Source: Azolla caroliniana
Taxonomy: Eukaryota; Plantae; Polypodiophyta
Assembly (NCBI GenBank): GCA_043228905.1
Contig: JBHGNT010000004.1
Span: 21,204,001 to 21,268,000, forward strand
Direction: 5' to 3'
Length of the DNA stretch: 64,000 nt
Position numbers and translations under genes: made by a program. The notes below the pieces were generated by a model, which saw nothing but the letters and a program-made list of their open reading frames with translations, was not told the origin of the DNA and did not search any database. Positions 12,976 to 26,400 of the stretch are shown here, piece by piece; within the stretch, counting starts at the first letter, position 1, and each line of letters starts with the position of its first letter.

Positions 12976-14482
12976 GAATGATTCTAGTCCATAGAACTAA
13001 GGCTTAAGCTCACCTTTCTTTGCTTTATCACATTCCTAATCCAAGTCTTGGCTTATTGTTTGTAACTAACTAAATGATAACCATACATACATGGGTGATG
13101 CACCAATTCATGATAATGCCAACTCCACTTAGAGTCCATGATGCACCTCCCGAAAAACCACACTACTAACACTAACGCAACCCCCTCCCCCTCCACATCC
13201 CATTTCTTTTTCCCACCTCCACATTCCATTTCTATTTTGCAACAAAGAGGAAACTATAACCACAACTTGGATGATTCTTCTTGAATTATTATATGACAAT
13301 CTTTAATGCGGGTTAGATTACGAAATAAAATGACCCATGTCAAAAACTTCCCACATAATACATGCAAAGACTGAAACACATGTACAAAATAATTTATATA
13401 TAACCATATATGTGCTTAACATCATACATGATTCAACATAATATCTCTCTCAACGCCACACTTGGAATATTGGTTATTCCATTAATAGCATGTTGTCAAT
13501 ACATTAAATAATCTACCTCATGAAATACTAGGCAATGGCAATATTACCACAACGTCAACTTACAATGCATTATAATTGCAAAATAGTTTTGCAGTTAGCA
13601 TACAAAAGATCATAAAGCCGGAATCCTTCACGACAACGTTCTTTTATCATGCAATTGATTTTGTATTCTTTGTAAAAGGTTCATGCAACCATTTCAAAGC
13701 CCTTTACTAAATAGGAGAAATTATTCTATTTTGTTTGCGTATATGCAAACACTTAACTCCAAACTAAAAGTTACGATCCATAAGAGTTTACTTATTATTA
13801 CGCCTCTTGGTGCCACACTTGCAATATCAAAAGGCTTTGATGTATCCCATGCATTACAATTGAAAACTCCAAGGGACACCCCAAACATTATGTTAGGGTT
13901 TGCTCCATATAAAAGTGAAAGGGACACCCTTGTAGAACAATCGTCAATTTGTGCAACACTTCAAATTGTATCCATGTCTCGAGTAAAATGGAAGATTTTA
14001 TCCTTGATGGAGGGAAGTAAACATGACAGTTATTTGAGAAGGTGAATTGTATCAGAATTATGAATATATTAGCCTTATCTGATGATTGAAGGCGCATTTG
14101 ATAATGAATGTGCTTCAATCATGGATGGATAATGGTTTACACCGTATTAAACAAACATACCAAAAGTAGTACATGTCATAGCCACACAATAATATTACAT
14201 GGCCATGCATGCACACATTGAATTATACAACAAAATATACATTATACCCATGACGTGTTCATGTCACATGTGTGGTTTGTGCAAATGCACATTCGATACG
14301 GCCCATCCTTTATCTCTATGATTGTTGGTTGTGCCACAAGAATGCGAGCAAAGATCGACGAGTAACGATTTCCGAGCATGACAATAAGACCTGCATGAGA
14401 TGTAAATGGTGGAAAAAAAGCCGACAAGATGAAGTAGTGCATCGATCGTGTTGAGTTGTCTGTCGATGCGAGAAGGGAAGCC

Positions 14483-14498
14483 AACCCTAAACCCTAAA
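14483..14498 (+). promoter_or_regulatory. Telo-box (AACCCTAAACCCTAAA) upstream of GSTT
   Basis: Two plant telomere-type units ~330 bp upstream of the ATG at 14826. Confidence 0.55.
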
Positions 14499-14522
14499 CG
14501 GATAACCCCACGATCCCATCAG

Positions 14523-14593
14523 ATATAATCGGATCGGACCATATAATATAATCGGATCGGACCATATAACATAATCGGATCGGACCATATAAT
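14523..14593. repeat. Tandem minisatellite, 3 copies of ATAATCGGATCGGACCATATA
   Basis: Three near-perfect 21-23 bp units seen directly, with no spacers between them. Confidence 0.85.
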
Positions 14594-14825
14594 CTAAAGA
14601 TTGTCATGATACAATGCAATGGAGAGGCAATAGAAGCAAAAAAGAGAAGAAGAGGAGTGCAGCCCTGTTTTCTCCATCCACATCATCTGTCTCAATCAAT
14701 CTACAAAACAAACTATGCATACAATACAATAAATATGTACAGGAAAGCCCATTTAGTTCTCTATCTGTAATGCTTTCTTCTTCTTCTTCTTCTGCTGCTG
14801 CTGCCTCCTCCTCCATCTCCCAGAT

Positions 14826-17800
14826 ATGGCGAACCTGCGGTTGTTTGTCGATCGGATGTCTCAGCCTTCTCGAGCTGTTCTCATCTTTTGCCTGTGAGTC
14901 CCTCCCTACCTTCCTCTCCATATATTATCATTTGCATTCTGAACGTTTTCCTTTCTTTCATTCATTCTTTCTGAATCTCTCCGGTTTGTTTGTTTATTTG
15001 CAGCGTGAATGAGATCCCTGTTGATGTGAAAAATGTGAGCTTGATTAAAGGAGAGCATAGAAAACCCGAGTTTAAGTGTAATATCCGTCTCTCTTCAAAT
15101 CTGCTGTTTGTTATTAAACGTGTTTACACTTTCTTTGCTAATATTGAATGCGTTTCTATTAATTATTACATAGCTGCTATTTTCTTGATCGTAGGAAATT
15201 TCACTCATTAGGATTGGGATCCATGAAATTATGTTCTTTTCTTTATTTAGAATGTGTATGATTGTTTTCTTATGGACTGGAATATATATTGCTGTTGTCG
15301 TTGGATTGTTGAATTTGAGTGTGCGTTCATTTTCTTTTGCATTAGAATGAAGGTAAATTTATTCTTTTGGTTAAGAATGCATATAAATATTCATGTTGCT
15401 TGTTGGGATTGGAATGCATCAGAATGCTTTCTTAATATTGATTGGAATGTTTATTGCTGTTTTTTTTGTATGTTAATTTTCTTCTAATGGATTGGAATTT
15501 AGGTTTTTGCTTGTATATTGATGTGCTCGATTAGCAAAACTAGTTTACAGTTCTCTTATGCAAAACTCTAGGATTCAGAATGATAATGAAATCACGAATT
15601 ATGTCTTGGTTGAACTTCCCCAAGAGCTGCTTGCCAAGATCTATTATTAACTTCAATTGTCTTGTCTTGAGTTCTACACACCTACATAGATAATTTGTTA
15701 TATCTTGACTGAGCTTCACCAAATGTCTCATGCATATGGAAATCTAAGATTCAGATTCATTCTGAAATCACGAATTATCTCTGCATTGAATTTCCCCAAA
15801 AGCTGCATGCCAAGATCTATCATTAACTTCATGATGAGCGCTAGTCACTTGGATAGATTCTTTGTTATCTCTTATGGTGAAATTCAACAAAGAAAGAACA
15901 TTTTGTCTATCTAAGTGGCCTCACAGCAGACATGAATGCGATATTTTAGTACAAGGCCTAAGCACAAGTAATTAATAAAGTCTGTGATTATGTCTCTAAC
16001 AACAAGAAGCAGTAGATTTTGGGTCAATAATTCAAATGCCGCACTCTACAAAGATCTGTGCTGGTTTTAATTGTGTAGCGAAGAGTAATCATATGAATCA
16101 TCTATGCTGCCACTAATCAGCATGTGCTACATTGGCACAATTTCCAAATCCTATCCTAGATAGGAAAATCTCAGCTCATGGATGTCTAATGAAAGAAAAA
16201 TTTGTAAATATAAGCACTAGGGTAAGGATCCTGGCAAAGATGGTAATTGAATTTCTTGTAATAGTTAGGGAAACATGAAAGAGTCAGTGAGATGGAAATT
16301 AATACTTAGATGTCATCCGAGCTTAGAAATTTCATGTATTTGATAATCGGAACATCCTATAGTGTGCAAATTGCCATCAGTAGATATAATCAACAGTCTC
16401 TAATCTGAATAGAGAAGAAGCTTTTCACATGTTAAATATGAGAATTATCTGATTATGTGATAGGATAAAAGCATCTTCTAAGTCTTCCTAGGTATTCTGT
16501 TGAACTAGTGATTCTTTGCTCCTACATGATTTGATATTTCAAAAGACAAATTATAGGGAAGTAGTCATGTCTAACAATGATTGGATCCTTGGAGGGTAAT
16601 GGGCCTCAAAATATATGTTCTCTTCTTTCCTGGTTGAACTGTGTAAAGACATGTTCTTGCGTGTTACATGAGGAATGCCATTTACTTGCTATATGAATGT
16701 AAGGAATGATCGTTGTCATTTTGAATTATTACTTCACATTGACAGCCATAAACCCACTGGGGCTCGTGCCTGCCATTGACCATGATGGATTTCATCTCTT
16801 TGAGAGGTATGGTTTACCAAAGTTTTATTTTCTATGAAATTTGGTGTTTGCAATTATTTCTATCAAGAGGGTGTCCTTGATTTGACATGTAGTCACGCAA
16901 TCTTGAGGTACCTGTCATGTGCATTTCCCAATGTGAAAGATCACTGGTAAGCATCCTTGTTTCTCATTTTATGCAACATGATAGACGTGTGGTTTTTACT
17001 ATATTGCACTTGGGTTTCAGGTATCCTGCGGATCTAAGAAAGAGAGCTCAAATTGATTGTATTTTGGATTGGCATCATACCAACCTTAGACATGGTGCAG
17101 GTAAGGATGAAATACTTTTTCTTTCACTTAATGGGGGCAGGCCATCTCAAACCATGCTTAAACACATGGCACTAAATAAATAAATACAACTAAATAAACC
17201 ATGCTTCACACATGGCACATGGGCGTAAGGACTAGTCAAGTTCTACAACTAAATAAATAGAGGCATATAGTTCCTACGATTATATGTCAAAGAGATTCAA
17301 TTATGATCATAGCAGATACAAATTATAGGTTGAAGAGAAAGTGCAAGTGAACATGTGGTTATACTCATTTTTTTACAGCCTATCAACAATATAGACAATT
17401 TAGTGTTATGTGAGAAGCAACATGGTTGGTAGACATTTACTTCAGAATAATGATATGATCAAGAGAATATACTAGTGACTTCAGTAGTGGGTATGTTATT
17501 GCAAGGGTTTGGTGAAGACAATATACTGGTGGATTCAATACTTGGTATTTTGCTGCAGCTGGTTTGGTGTTTAACCGTGTTTTTGCGCCTTCATTGGGTC
17601 GAACTCTGGATCCACAATCTGCCTCTGCAGCTGAAACTGTTCTGAAAACATCTCTTGCGACCATGGAGACCCTATGGTTGAAAGACTATGGGAAGTTCTT
17701 GACTGGCTCTTTGCAGCCATCCATTGCTGACTTGAGCCTAGCTTGTGAGGTTATGCAGTTACAGGTTTGCTCTTACCGTTTTTGGCAAGGTAGATCTACA

Positions 17801-18056
17801 CCATTATATGATTATTCTTAATATGTTTGTTATGTGTTTGTGTCAACACCCTAAGGTTCTTGGTAAGGATGCCATAGCAGAGTTACTTGACCCACGACCA
17901 AAGGTGATCAAATGGCTTGACGCCGTTCAAGAAGCAACATCACCGCATTTTTCTTCTGTGACTGAGACTCTGCTGAAAGCTGCCGTCATGTACCAGAAAA
18001 AGAGAGAAAGTGACAAGGCCAACCTAGATGGATCAAACAGACAATCAAAATTATAA
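14826..18056 (+). CDS. GSTT: Glutathione S-transferase, theta class, with C-terminal PTS1 (SKL), 7 exons, ~247 aa
   Basis: Exons: 14826-14893, 15004-15077, 16746-16806, 16893-16946, 17021-17100, 17559-17764, 17856-18056 (744 nt, all GT-AG). Motifs DRMSQPSRAV, INPLGLVPAI, LFESHAILRYL, ILDWHHTNLRHG and PSIADLSLACE. Ends NRQSKL*. Confidence 0.93.
15568..15832. repeat. Diverged ~176-bp tandem duplication in GSTT intron 2
   Basis: GAAATCACGAATTAT...TTCCCCAA(G/A)AGCTGC(T/A)TGCCAAGATCTAT(T/C)ATTAACTTCA occurs at ~15589 and ~15764. Confidence 0.75.
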
Positions 18057-19398
18057 TATGAGTATATAATCATGCAAGTCAAACACTGCTTGGGCAATCA
18101 AACTATGAAAATGAAATAATGGAATATATATTATGATTATTTGATCATTTGCAGAAAATCCAGAGTAAAATAGATTGGTTTCTGCAAGTATATTATAGGA
18201 AGAATGTACATGTCGTAAGGTATTTATGCTTGCTGCCTTTATGTTTTATCTATTAGGGTTTTAATCTATGAAGCAATTTGGAGCCAGATATAATGGTTAA
18301 CAGGTGTTCTCATGCTTGCATGATTTTTTTTTCTCAAACATTATTTTTTCTCTACACGTTGCAATAATTTGCTTTTATATGGATACATTATATGGTAACA
18401 TCATATTGTGATATACATTAGAAGGAAGGGAAATCTCTTCTGCCTTTTTGGTGGGCACAAGCTCCACTTATATAGAGGCCCAAATGGGTTGTTACACATT
18501 TGGTGCCTAACTGCATGGGCTATGTGCATTGTGCCACACATGGCCACTCCACAATATTATCATAGTACTGTTGCTATTTTTAACGTGAAACTCGTTGCTC
18601 TACTATGTTAGGCATCAGGTGTTATGTTAGGCACAGGTACAAGTACATGGAATCAGGAACCATCACAACTACAGAAGAGTTGTTTCTGTCATAGCTCTCT
18701 CTTCAGGTCACCATAAGGGAGCATCACATTTGACCTCAGGAATGATCATATCAGAAAGGAACAAAGATTTCCCTCCGTGAGCATCCTTGACTGCATTTAG
18801 TTCTTTTTAAGCTTGACTTACTGACTTAGTAATGCACATCTTTTGCATTCAGCCATTGTATGTGACATGCTATGGGCTTTATTTCCAGGCAAAAATATTA
18901 AAACTTGTAAAATGGGCACAATATTTTGCTCAGGGTTAATAACCACTCTTTGAACAATGTAGAGCTGTAGGGAGGTCTAAGCTAAGAGAGAATTCAATAT
19001 GGTTACAATGCCCTGATGTCAAAACTAATGTCTTTTTTGAAAGCAATGTGATGATTTTCCAACTTTAAAAGAGTGCTATCTAGAAAACAAGATATACTTT
19101 TTTTGAAAAACCTGTTTTCCCCAATAGTTTGCTACTATATTAGGCTTCAAACTCAGAATGTGGTATGCTTATGATTTTGTAGATTACTAAATCACCGCCA
19201 CTTTCCAAGTAGTGAGAACACATTAATTGGAACATAATGGTGGTCTTTCCTATTCGTTTAATCGGTAGTAATGTCTTTTTATGTAGTACTTGGACGGCAT
19301 AATAGTCTAATTAATAGACCCAACAATTACCTCTACTTAAACAGTATTATGTTGATTTATTTTGGAAGGAGCATACATTATTATAAGCAGTGAAAAGT

Positions 19399-19691
19399 CA
19401 GGGTATTTTTTGTTTCCGTTTTTCCTTGGTAACTTTTCGTATTGTGAATAAAAAGAGAGGAGGTGACCTAAGTTTATTCAAACTAAGTTTATTTTGCCCT
19501 GGCAATTCCGGCCATAATCTGCATGCGGTTTTCATCATCATGAAGGCCTTGATGAAAAAGGGGCGGGTTTGATGAACCAGTTGGTTTTCATCCGGATGAA
19601 CCGGCGGGTTAGCTTGCCCGTGAGGGCAGGCAGCTCTTTGTCCGCACATATGTCGCCCGGGGAACCGGGCGGGGGATCTGCTGCATCCCTA
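19399..19691. mobile_element. Possible truncated hAT-type non-autonomous element end
   Basis: GC-rich island with CCGG/CGGG subterminal motifs ending CATCCCTA (reverse complement TAGGGATG, an Ac/Ds-like terminus). No matching second TIR or TSD found. Confidence 0.4.
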
Positions 19692-20412
19692 TCATTGACA
19701 TCAGGGCAGTTTCCATGTCATCTCCAACATCCGTAGTAAGGTTCAGCAAATCCAGAAAAGAAAAGCACTTTTAGAATCCAACAAACTTGTGCATGTAGCA
19801 CAAAAATTAATATTATTTTCATAATTGACCAAACACCTCCCATAATGAACTAGTGATCAAATATCAGGCAGTTGCATATAGAAGAGTGCATGCATTAGAA
19901 GTATCTGGATGAATTAAATACAGTCCAATTGTTTCTATAAATAATACAGGTTGCAGGTTAGCACCTAAAGTAATTCATTATCTGATAGATCTGATGAATA
20001 CTTGTAATTTATAATCCAAAGATCTGAGCTACATCAGTGGATTGAGAGAGGTAACTCTTTGCTAGCTGTAGCAGTTGGAGAGTAAATTGAAACATAAAAT
20101 TTGTGACACTTTTTGAAAGATTCAAATCCCAGGATCTCTGCTTGTAAACTTTGCACATAAAAAAACACACTTTCTGAATGAATGTAGTAGACAAAGATTT
20201 AAACTTATCAGAAAAAAATGACACTTTTCCGAACATTCAAATACAGGATATTTGCTCACACTTGCGCACTTTCTCAACGCCTAGAAGTTGTAGCCACAGA
20301 TTAGACATTTTTTCAGCATCAATTATCCCCTTCTTCTGGCACACAGCCCGAATTCAGCCTTTTCTTAAGCTTTATCAGCATCTCCACCAGATTCAACCTT
20401 CTTGCAGCCACC

Positions 20413-23400
20413 CTAATAGCCTGGATTTGGCCTTTTCCCAACCAGTATACGAGAAATTTGAAGGCCTCGACTAAATGCTTCATTGAAAAGAATCCTTGTT
20501 TGCATTGATTGGAACCCTGGCAGCCAAGATAACACTGCCACAGGAATTAACACTATGATTCCAAAGCCCAGTTCATAAATGCGAGCGACGGAAACCACCA
20601 ATGGCCACACCTTCAGCCTCACTAGAAGTGGCCGGAACACTAGGGCTATAGATATTAAACCCCAACCCGTAGGCAGAAAAGCTAACAAGCTCACCACCGC
20701 ATCCACAAATTCAAAGGCTGTAAATTCGAACAGCAATATGACAAGTAGAATGACAGAAAGCGCTACCATTGATTGAATCAATCTGTAATAGATGTGATTC
20801 TTTGCTGAATACCTTCTGGAAGCTACTCCAAGAATCATGTAGAAGACAAGTGTTACGACAATGTAGATCCATGACAGCAGGTACACGAGGATGCTCTTAC
20901 TATTGTTTGCAATATTCAGTTGGTACACAATTCCATATTGAAAGAAGAAAAAACGCAGGCTGAGCACGACCTCCAAAACTTTCCCCCAGAAACCTGTATT
21001 CTGCAAGTGTTCTTGTTCCTCATACCACCATGCTTCCCAGCTTTGCTCTGACTTGATGGAAATGCCACCTTCATACCAGATCCAATCTAAGAAATTCTCA
21101 AAATCTTCAACTGTTTTAAGCCAATCAAATCCTGAGGGATTGAAGAGAAATGGGGCCATGAGCCACGAAAGTGCCAAAAACCAACTTGAGAATGAGATGA
21201 GGATATACGATGTGGGATTAGAACCAGCAGAACCATAACTCATGTATACAATTAGCAACAGCACAAGCTCAATTCCTTTCACAAAATGACTCCTCGCAAA
21301 GAGCCTGTAAATATGTGCAAATCTTTCATGCATCACAACAAACCCTCGACCTGTTGCACGGTATTTTGCACCACCATGAAGAATAGTTCGACCAAAAAAG
21401 TGGGCACGAGTGCCTAAAGAGAAGGTAAAAAACACAGAAGAAAGCTGAAGTAGCATTGTGAGAAAATCCCACACTGCTGTTGTGAACCCAAACTCTATTG
21501 TATTTTCCACAATCATAGGAAGGGCAGTGAATAATCCAAGCTGAACAATGAACTGTTGATTGAGAGATGCAGTAAGAGCATCATTGCCAAGAGTACTAGC
21601 AGCAATACCCTTGTCTAGGCCGCTTAGGGCTAGGTAAACACGGCCCCATAAGAATGCATATACCGTCAACACGACCATCATATTGCTGATAAAAAAGCCC
21701 ACGGTTGTGTAATAGAAGGAGAGCATGCGGAAAAAGTCTAGCCGATGGCCAAGGCGATAGACATCTCGGCTAAGAATTTGTTCCCCATTACCACTCGAAA
21801 CTTTGGCCTCAAAAAGGGCTGTCTGGTTAAGCCCAACATCTCTGCCTTTCCCCACCTGAATGTACTCATGATGAGTTACATTTCCTCCCCTTAGAGTGCA
21901 ATTGAAGCCAGCATAAATATCCTCACTTATATTGATAACCTTGGATGCTTTGCTGATGCCTCCCCTTGTTAGAAACCATAATCGATCAAATACATCTGGA
22001 TGACCATAATGCATCCGCACCTTCAAGGGATTAGCAAGCACACGCTGACCTAGTGTCACAAAACTTGTCTCCTGGGCAGACATAAACCAGGCCAAAGAGG
22101 AAACTGAACCAGTAAATATATGCTCTCGAATGCCCAGAATCTGAGGGCGACGCACACCATGTTTCTTTGTGAATTCCTGCAGCAAATTTCGGGCCTTCAA
22201 TGCCTCTTCAAAATAATTATCTTGATTCATGTCTATCGTCTGCACTGCATCACCTCTAGTAAAAATAAGTGCATGGTTTTGATTCTCAGGCTTTCCTTCA
22301 CCTAGTTTCAATGGGCCTGGTAGCTGAACCCGATAAATTTCTACCTCCCTTTCATGCAGTTGGTCATACTTAACAAGGACCGAGAAATACAATTTTGAGT
22401 TGCGTTCAGTAATCTCATCAACATAGGCAACCCTAAGTGCTTCATGCTTTTTCATAAGAAACAGGATGTCATCTGCCTGGACCTCATTCCTTTCCTTCTG
22501 GGAACCATATATCTGGCAAGCAACAACGTATGTGAACTTCATGCTGGCAGTGGCTCGCTGTTGTGCTTCCTTGAAGAGAGCACCGACACCGCTGCTTCGG
22601 CGACTGAAAGACCATTGAGAGCTGGACTCACGTGCAATGTCAGCACCTTCTGTCTGTGTGCCCATCGATGAAGTAGCTGCCAACAACTCTCTACCATGTT
22701 GCATTTCGACTTCGGAGGCATCATCCAAATAGGCAAGCATTTGCAAGGCTCTATGATAGTAGGACATGCCCCGTACCGTTCGCGCAAGAGTCTGCCCTCT
22801 ATATGAAGCCCATAACCTCAGGTGTAACACATTCTCCGCCTCCCATAACTGCTTCATATCTTTCAGATCCTCCTCCCTCTGCATCCTCTCGAGAAAATTG
22901 TCCCACTCATCAGGAAAGATCTTGTTGAGATAGAATAAGATGGAAATGCCATCCTCATTTTTCGCACGCAGCTTCTCTTTGCTATACATGACATCTTCGC
23001 TGTAATAAGGGGTCAGGACACTGAAAGCAAGCATCTTTTCAACAGTTGGAGCATGTGGCATCTTCATGAAGAGAGAATTGCTAAAAAAGGCAATGCGCCG
23101 CTTGGCTTCAAGGTTCTTTGGGACATTGTTCATAGCTTCCCGAGTGCTAAGAGTGGTCTTGAACCTTCTTAACTGCCGGAAAAAAGATGCCTCCTTGGGC
23201 TTCGGAAGCTCAATGGCATCTGAAAACAAGAGTTCCTCTGCAACAACGAGGCCACTAGATGATTGCCTCTGCAATTCTTCTGAACGTAGATCTCTTACTA
23301 CAACTTCATATAGATTCTGCAAAGCACGCACTACCAAAGGTAGAGCTTTGGGGCCTGGCTTCGTGTCCAAAATCGTTACAAGAGCAAGAACCCGAGAATG

Positions 23401-26400
23401 CACTTCTGGCAGCTCCTTCACTACGTAATTCTGTAGAAATGTTCCACTATCAATTGAATGTTCAATCTCTGAAAATATCCTTTCAATTAAGGCATGCTCA
23501 TTGGTGCCTTCTTTAATAATTCTGTGAAGAATGTGTTTGATGCTACCATAGCTTTCTATCACAGCACATTTCTTATATTCACTTCTACGAATCTTTTTCC
23601 ACAAGCGCTTGTCATCCTTGCCATTGAAATCGACAGCCTGTCCTAACGCAAGAAGAAGCTCATTAGAGAGCAGCACAGATGGCCATTGGATCACGCTAAT
23701 GTTCCAAGCAGGTGCTGGAATCTCCAGGATCTCCACTTCCCGATCACTGATAATGTCTTCTTCTCGGAAGATATGGATGATTGTGTTCCAAACAAATGCA
23801 AATTTCCCAGCTTCCAAAGAGTTGGATTCAAGCTTTTTATAGTTTGTTCCAAATCCATACCTAAGCTTGAGCCTCAGCCAGACATCGCTGATGGTAGCAG
23901 ACCACGTACCCCATGCTCTTGCAGGTAGCAATGACTCCTCAGGCATGAGGTTGAAGAAAACTGCACTTGCAAAGAATGGAAATCTCAGTTTCAGTTGTTG
24001 GATGTTTCGGATCTCACCAATGTGAGAAAATAGACCTACTAAGGCACCCACAAGTGATGAGTAAACTGTATACCAAATCTGAGTGTCCATGAAATAGATC
24101 AGCATCACTGGTGCCCAAAGCACTGCTACTGCAAACCGAGTGCCCTTTCCCCAAAACTCATGCCACGAATACTCGATGTCCTGAAGGGATACAAGCTCCC
24201 TGGTTGGGTTCACAAGTGGTTTCACCTGTAGGAAGTAGCTGAAAGAAATCTTCGTAAGAAGCACAAGGCACCAGAATAGTGTGTATTTTATGCTGTCCCA
24301 GATACCTTCCTGGAGGCCTCTGCCCACAAACCAACGAGACTGGAACCACCATGTAAGAGCATAGAAAATCTTGAATTCTGACTTTTCCACTACGTTGCCG
24401 ATGCAAGGGAGGAAAAACAAGCCCAATGTGATGACTTCAGGCAATATGAACACCGCTGCAGCTTCGAGGAACTGGATAAATGCTGTATTGGCATCACCTG
24501 ACCAGCTGCGGATAGAATTCCTTTGATTCCACATCCTGATGTAGAGGATCAGAAAGATAATAGTCCAACCAGCCGCAACTACAATCTTCAAGATCATACG
24601 AAGGCCAATCGAGAGTGTTTGTGTAGAAATAAGACGGAATTGCATAAATATATCAAGCACGGCCTGAAGAACGCGAAGACTAGCCCAAGTTATGAAAATA
24701 GAGAGAATCCGTGCCTGAGCTTCCCTGTCTGCCAGCTGTGTCCAAGGATTATCATTGCTATGGAAGGCTAGGATGATCATAACTTGCAACAATAGAAAAT
24801 GCCCAGTCCAAAGATGATCAAAGCTATGAAAAACATTCCAAAAGGAGCGTTGTTCAACGAAACCTGTCTTCCCAACCTTCCTTTGATGTCCAAAGAGCTT
24901 TCTATTTTCATCTGAAGCAGCAGTAGCAGTAGCTGATGCTGGATCAAGCATGAAAGAGCATGAACGGTTCAACGGCCATGACAGCTGGGTGAAGCACCTC
25001 TTTGACCAAAAAAACTCATTTAGGTCATCATAGTTCCTCCATGCTGAATGAGGAGCTTTACCTTCCTGGGATGCTTGTGCCTCTGCCCTAACGAGGTTGT
25101 AAAGAGGCGTGACTACCTGATGCAAGAAGGAGTCCTTCCCAGAGTAGCTCGGCCGGAAGGGTTGGGCGGTATCATCAATATATTTCTCCAAGACGCGGTT
25201 CATCTCTCCAGCCATGTTGTGGAAGATGAAACAAAGGCACTCTGGCATGAACCTGAGGTTTGCTGCCTCGCCCCAAATGAGAAGGAAGAGGCCTGTGTAC
25301 AGAAGCTCGCGCTGGTCATTCACCTGGTTCTTACTCTTTGGGAGCCATAGGTTGTTCTTCTTACCTATTATCAGAAAGACAATCCACCTGTTTATACATA
25401 GCTTACGCCCTTTGCCCACTCTCCCCCTCACTCTCTGCAAACACTGTCCGTTGTAATGCTACTAGAAATTGAAAAAATTCCAATAGTGCATGCACTTCAA
25501 AGAGTTTATAAGTGCATATTTGATGCAAACTTGACAATGCCTCAAAACTGCCATTCCAGCAGGGTCCACTATATCCTGAGACTGTTTGTTAAAGAATATC
25601 TGGATGTGTGTGTAAAGGAAAAGAAAGGGATACCAGTGTCTTCCACAGCCACATTGGAAGCTCTCTACACAAGTTGAGAACAGTCTAATTTTGAGTACTA
25701 TTGCGATTGCATTAATACTCAATATTGGTAAAATTACTGGGCAGAGCTTGTTGATGTCTAAACTTTCATCCAGACATGCCTCCCAATACAACAAGACATG
25801 CAATCACAAAGATATGTGCTCGCTCACACACATTGAAATGAAAACAGGGGTTGGCAGAATATTGAGCAGAAAAAGGGGAATTTGGGATCTCTATTTCTCA
25901 GCGTAACAAAAGAAGAAGAATGTGTCACATTTGAATAACTGAAAAATGTAAACATCAGGCATTATTTTCAGGATTTCCTATGCGGCTGTGCTCGCTTTTA
26001 ACAAATCTTAATGAAGACAGAACCATTGCTGATAACAGAAGGAATACTCTTTGTGCGTCTACTCAACACTTATGGGAGAACAAAACAGCAGCAAAATTCA
26101 GCAACAGGCTTACTTTTGTTATTTCTGTTTTTTTTCTTTAGCATTTAAAATGCCCACTTACACAGCCAGGGCCAGTGCTTCGTAACATCGTTGGTCCATG
26201 TTGGGCACAAGTGGACATTAATATATCATCATCATCAATATACATGGGTCAAGTAGACACCATTAGACAAGCAGAGAAATGCAGCCAACAATGGGGAAGA
26301 CGGGAACCAGGATACAAGGCCATGGGACATACCAGTGACTGATCATGGAGATGATTGCCCACCATGTCAATCCACCTGATGATCACTCGGATGCAATCAG

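Noticed and set aside
14523-14593. Short direct repeats as a CRISPR array
   Set aside because: No unique spacers, eukaryotic context and no cas genes. It is a simple minisatellite.
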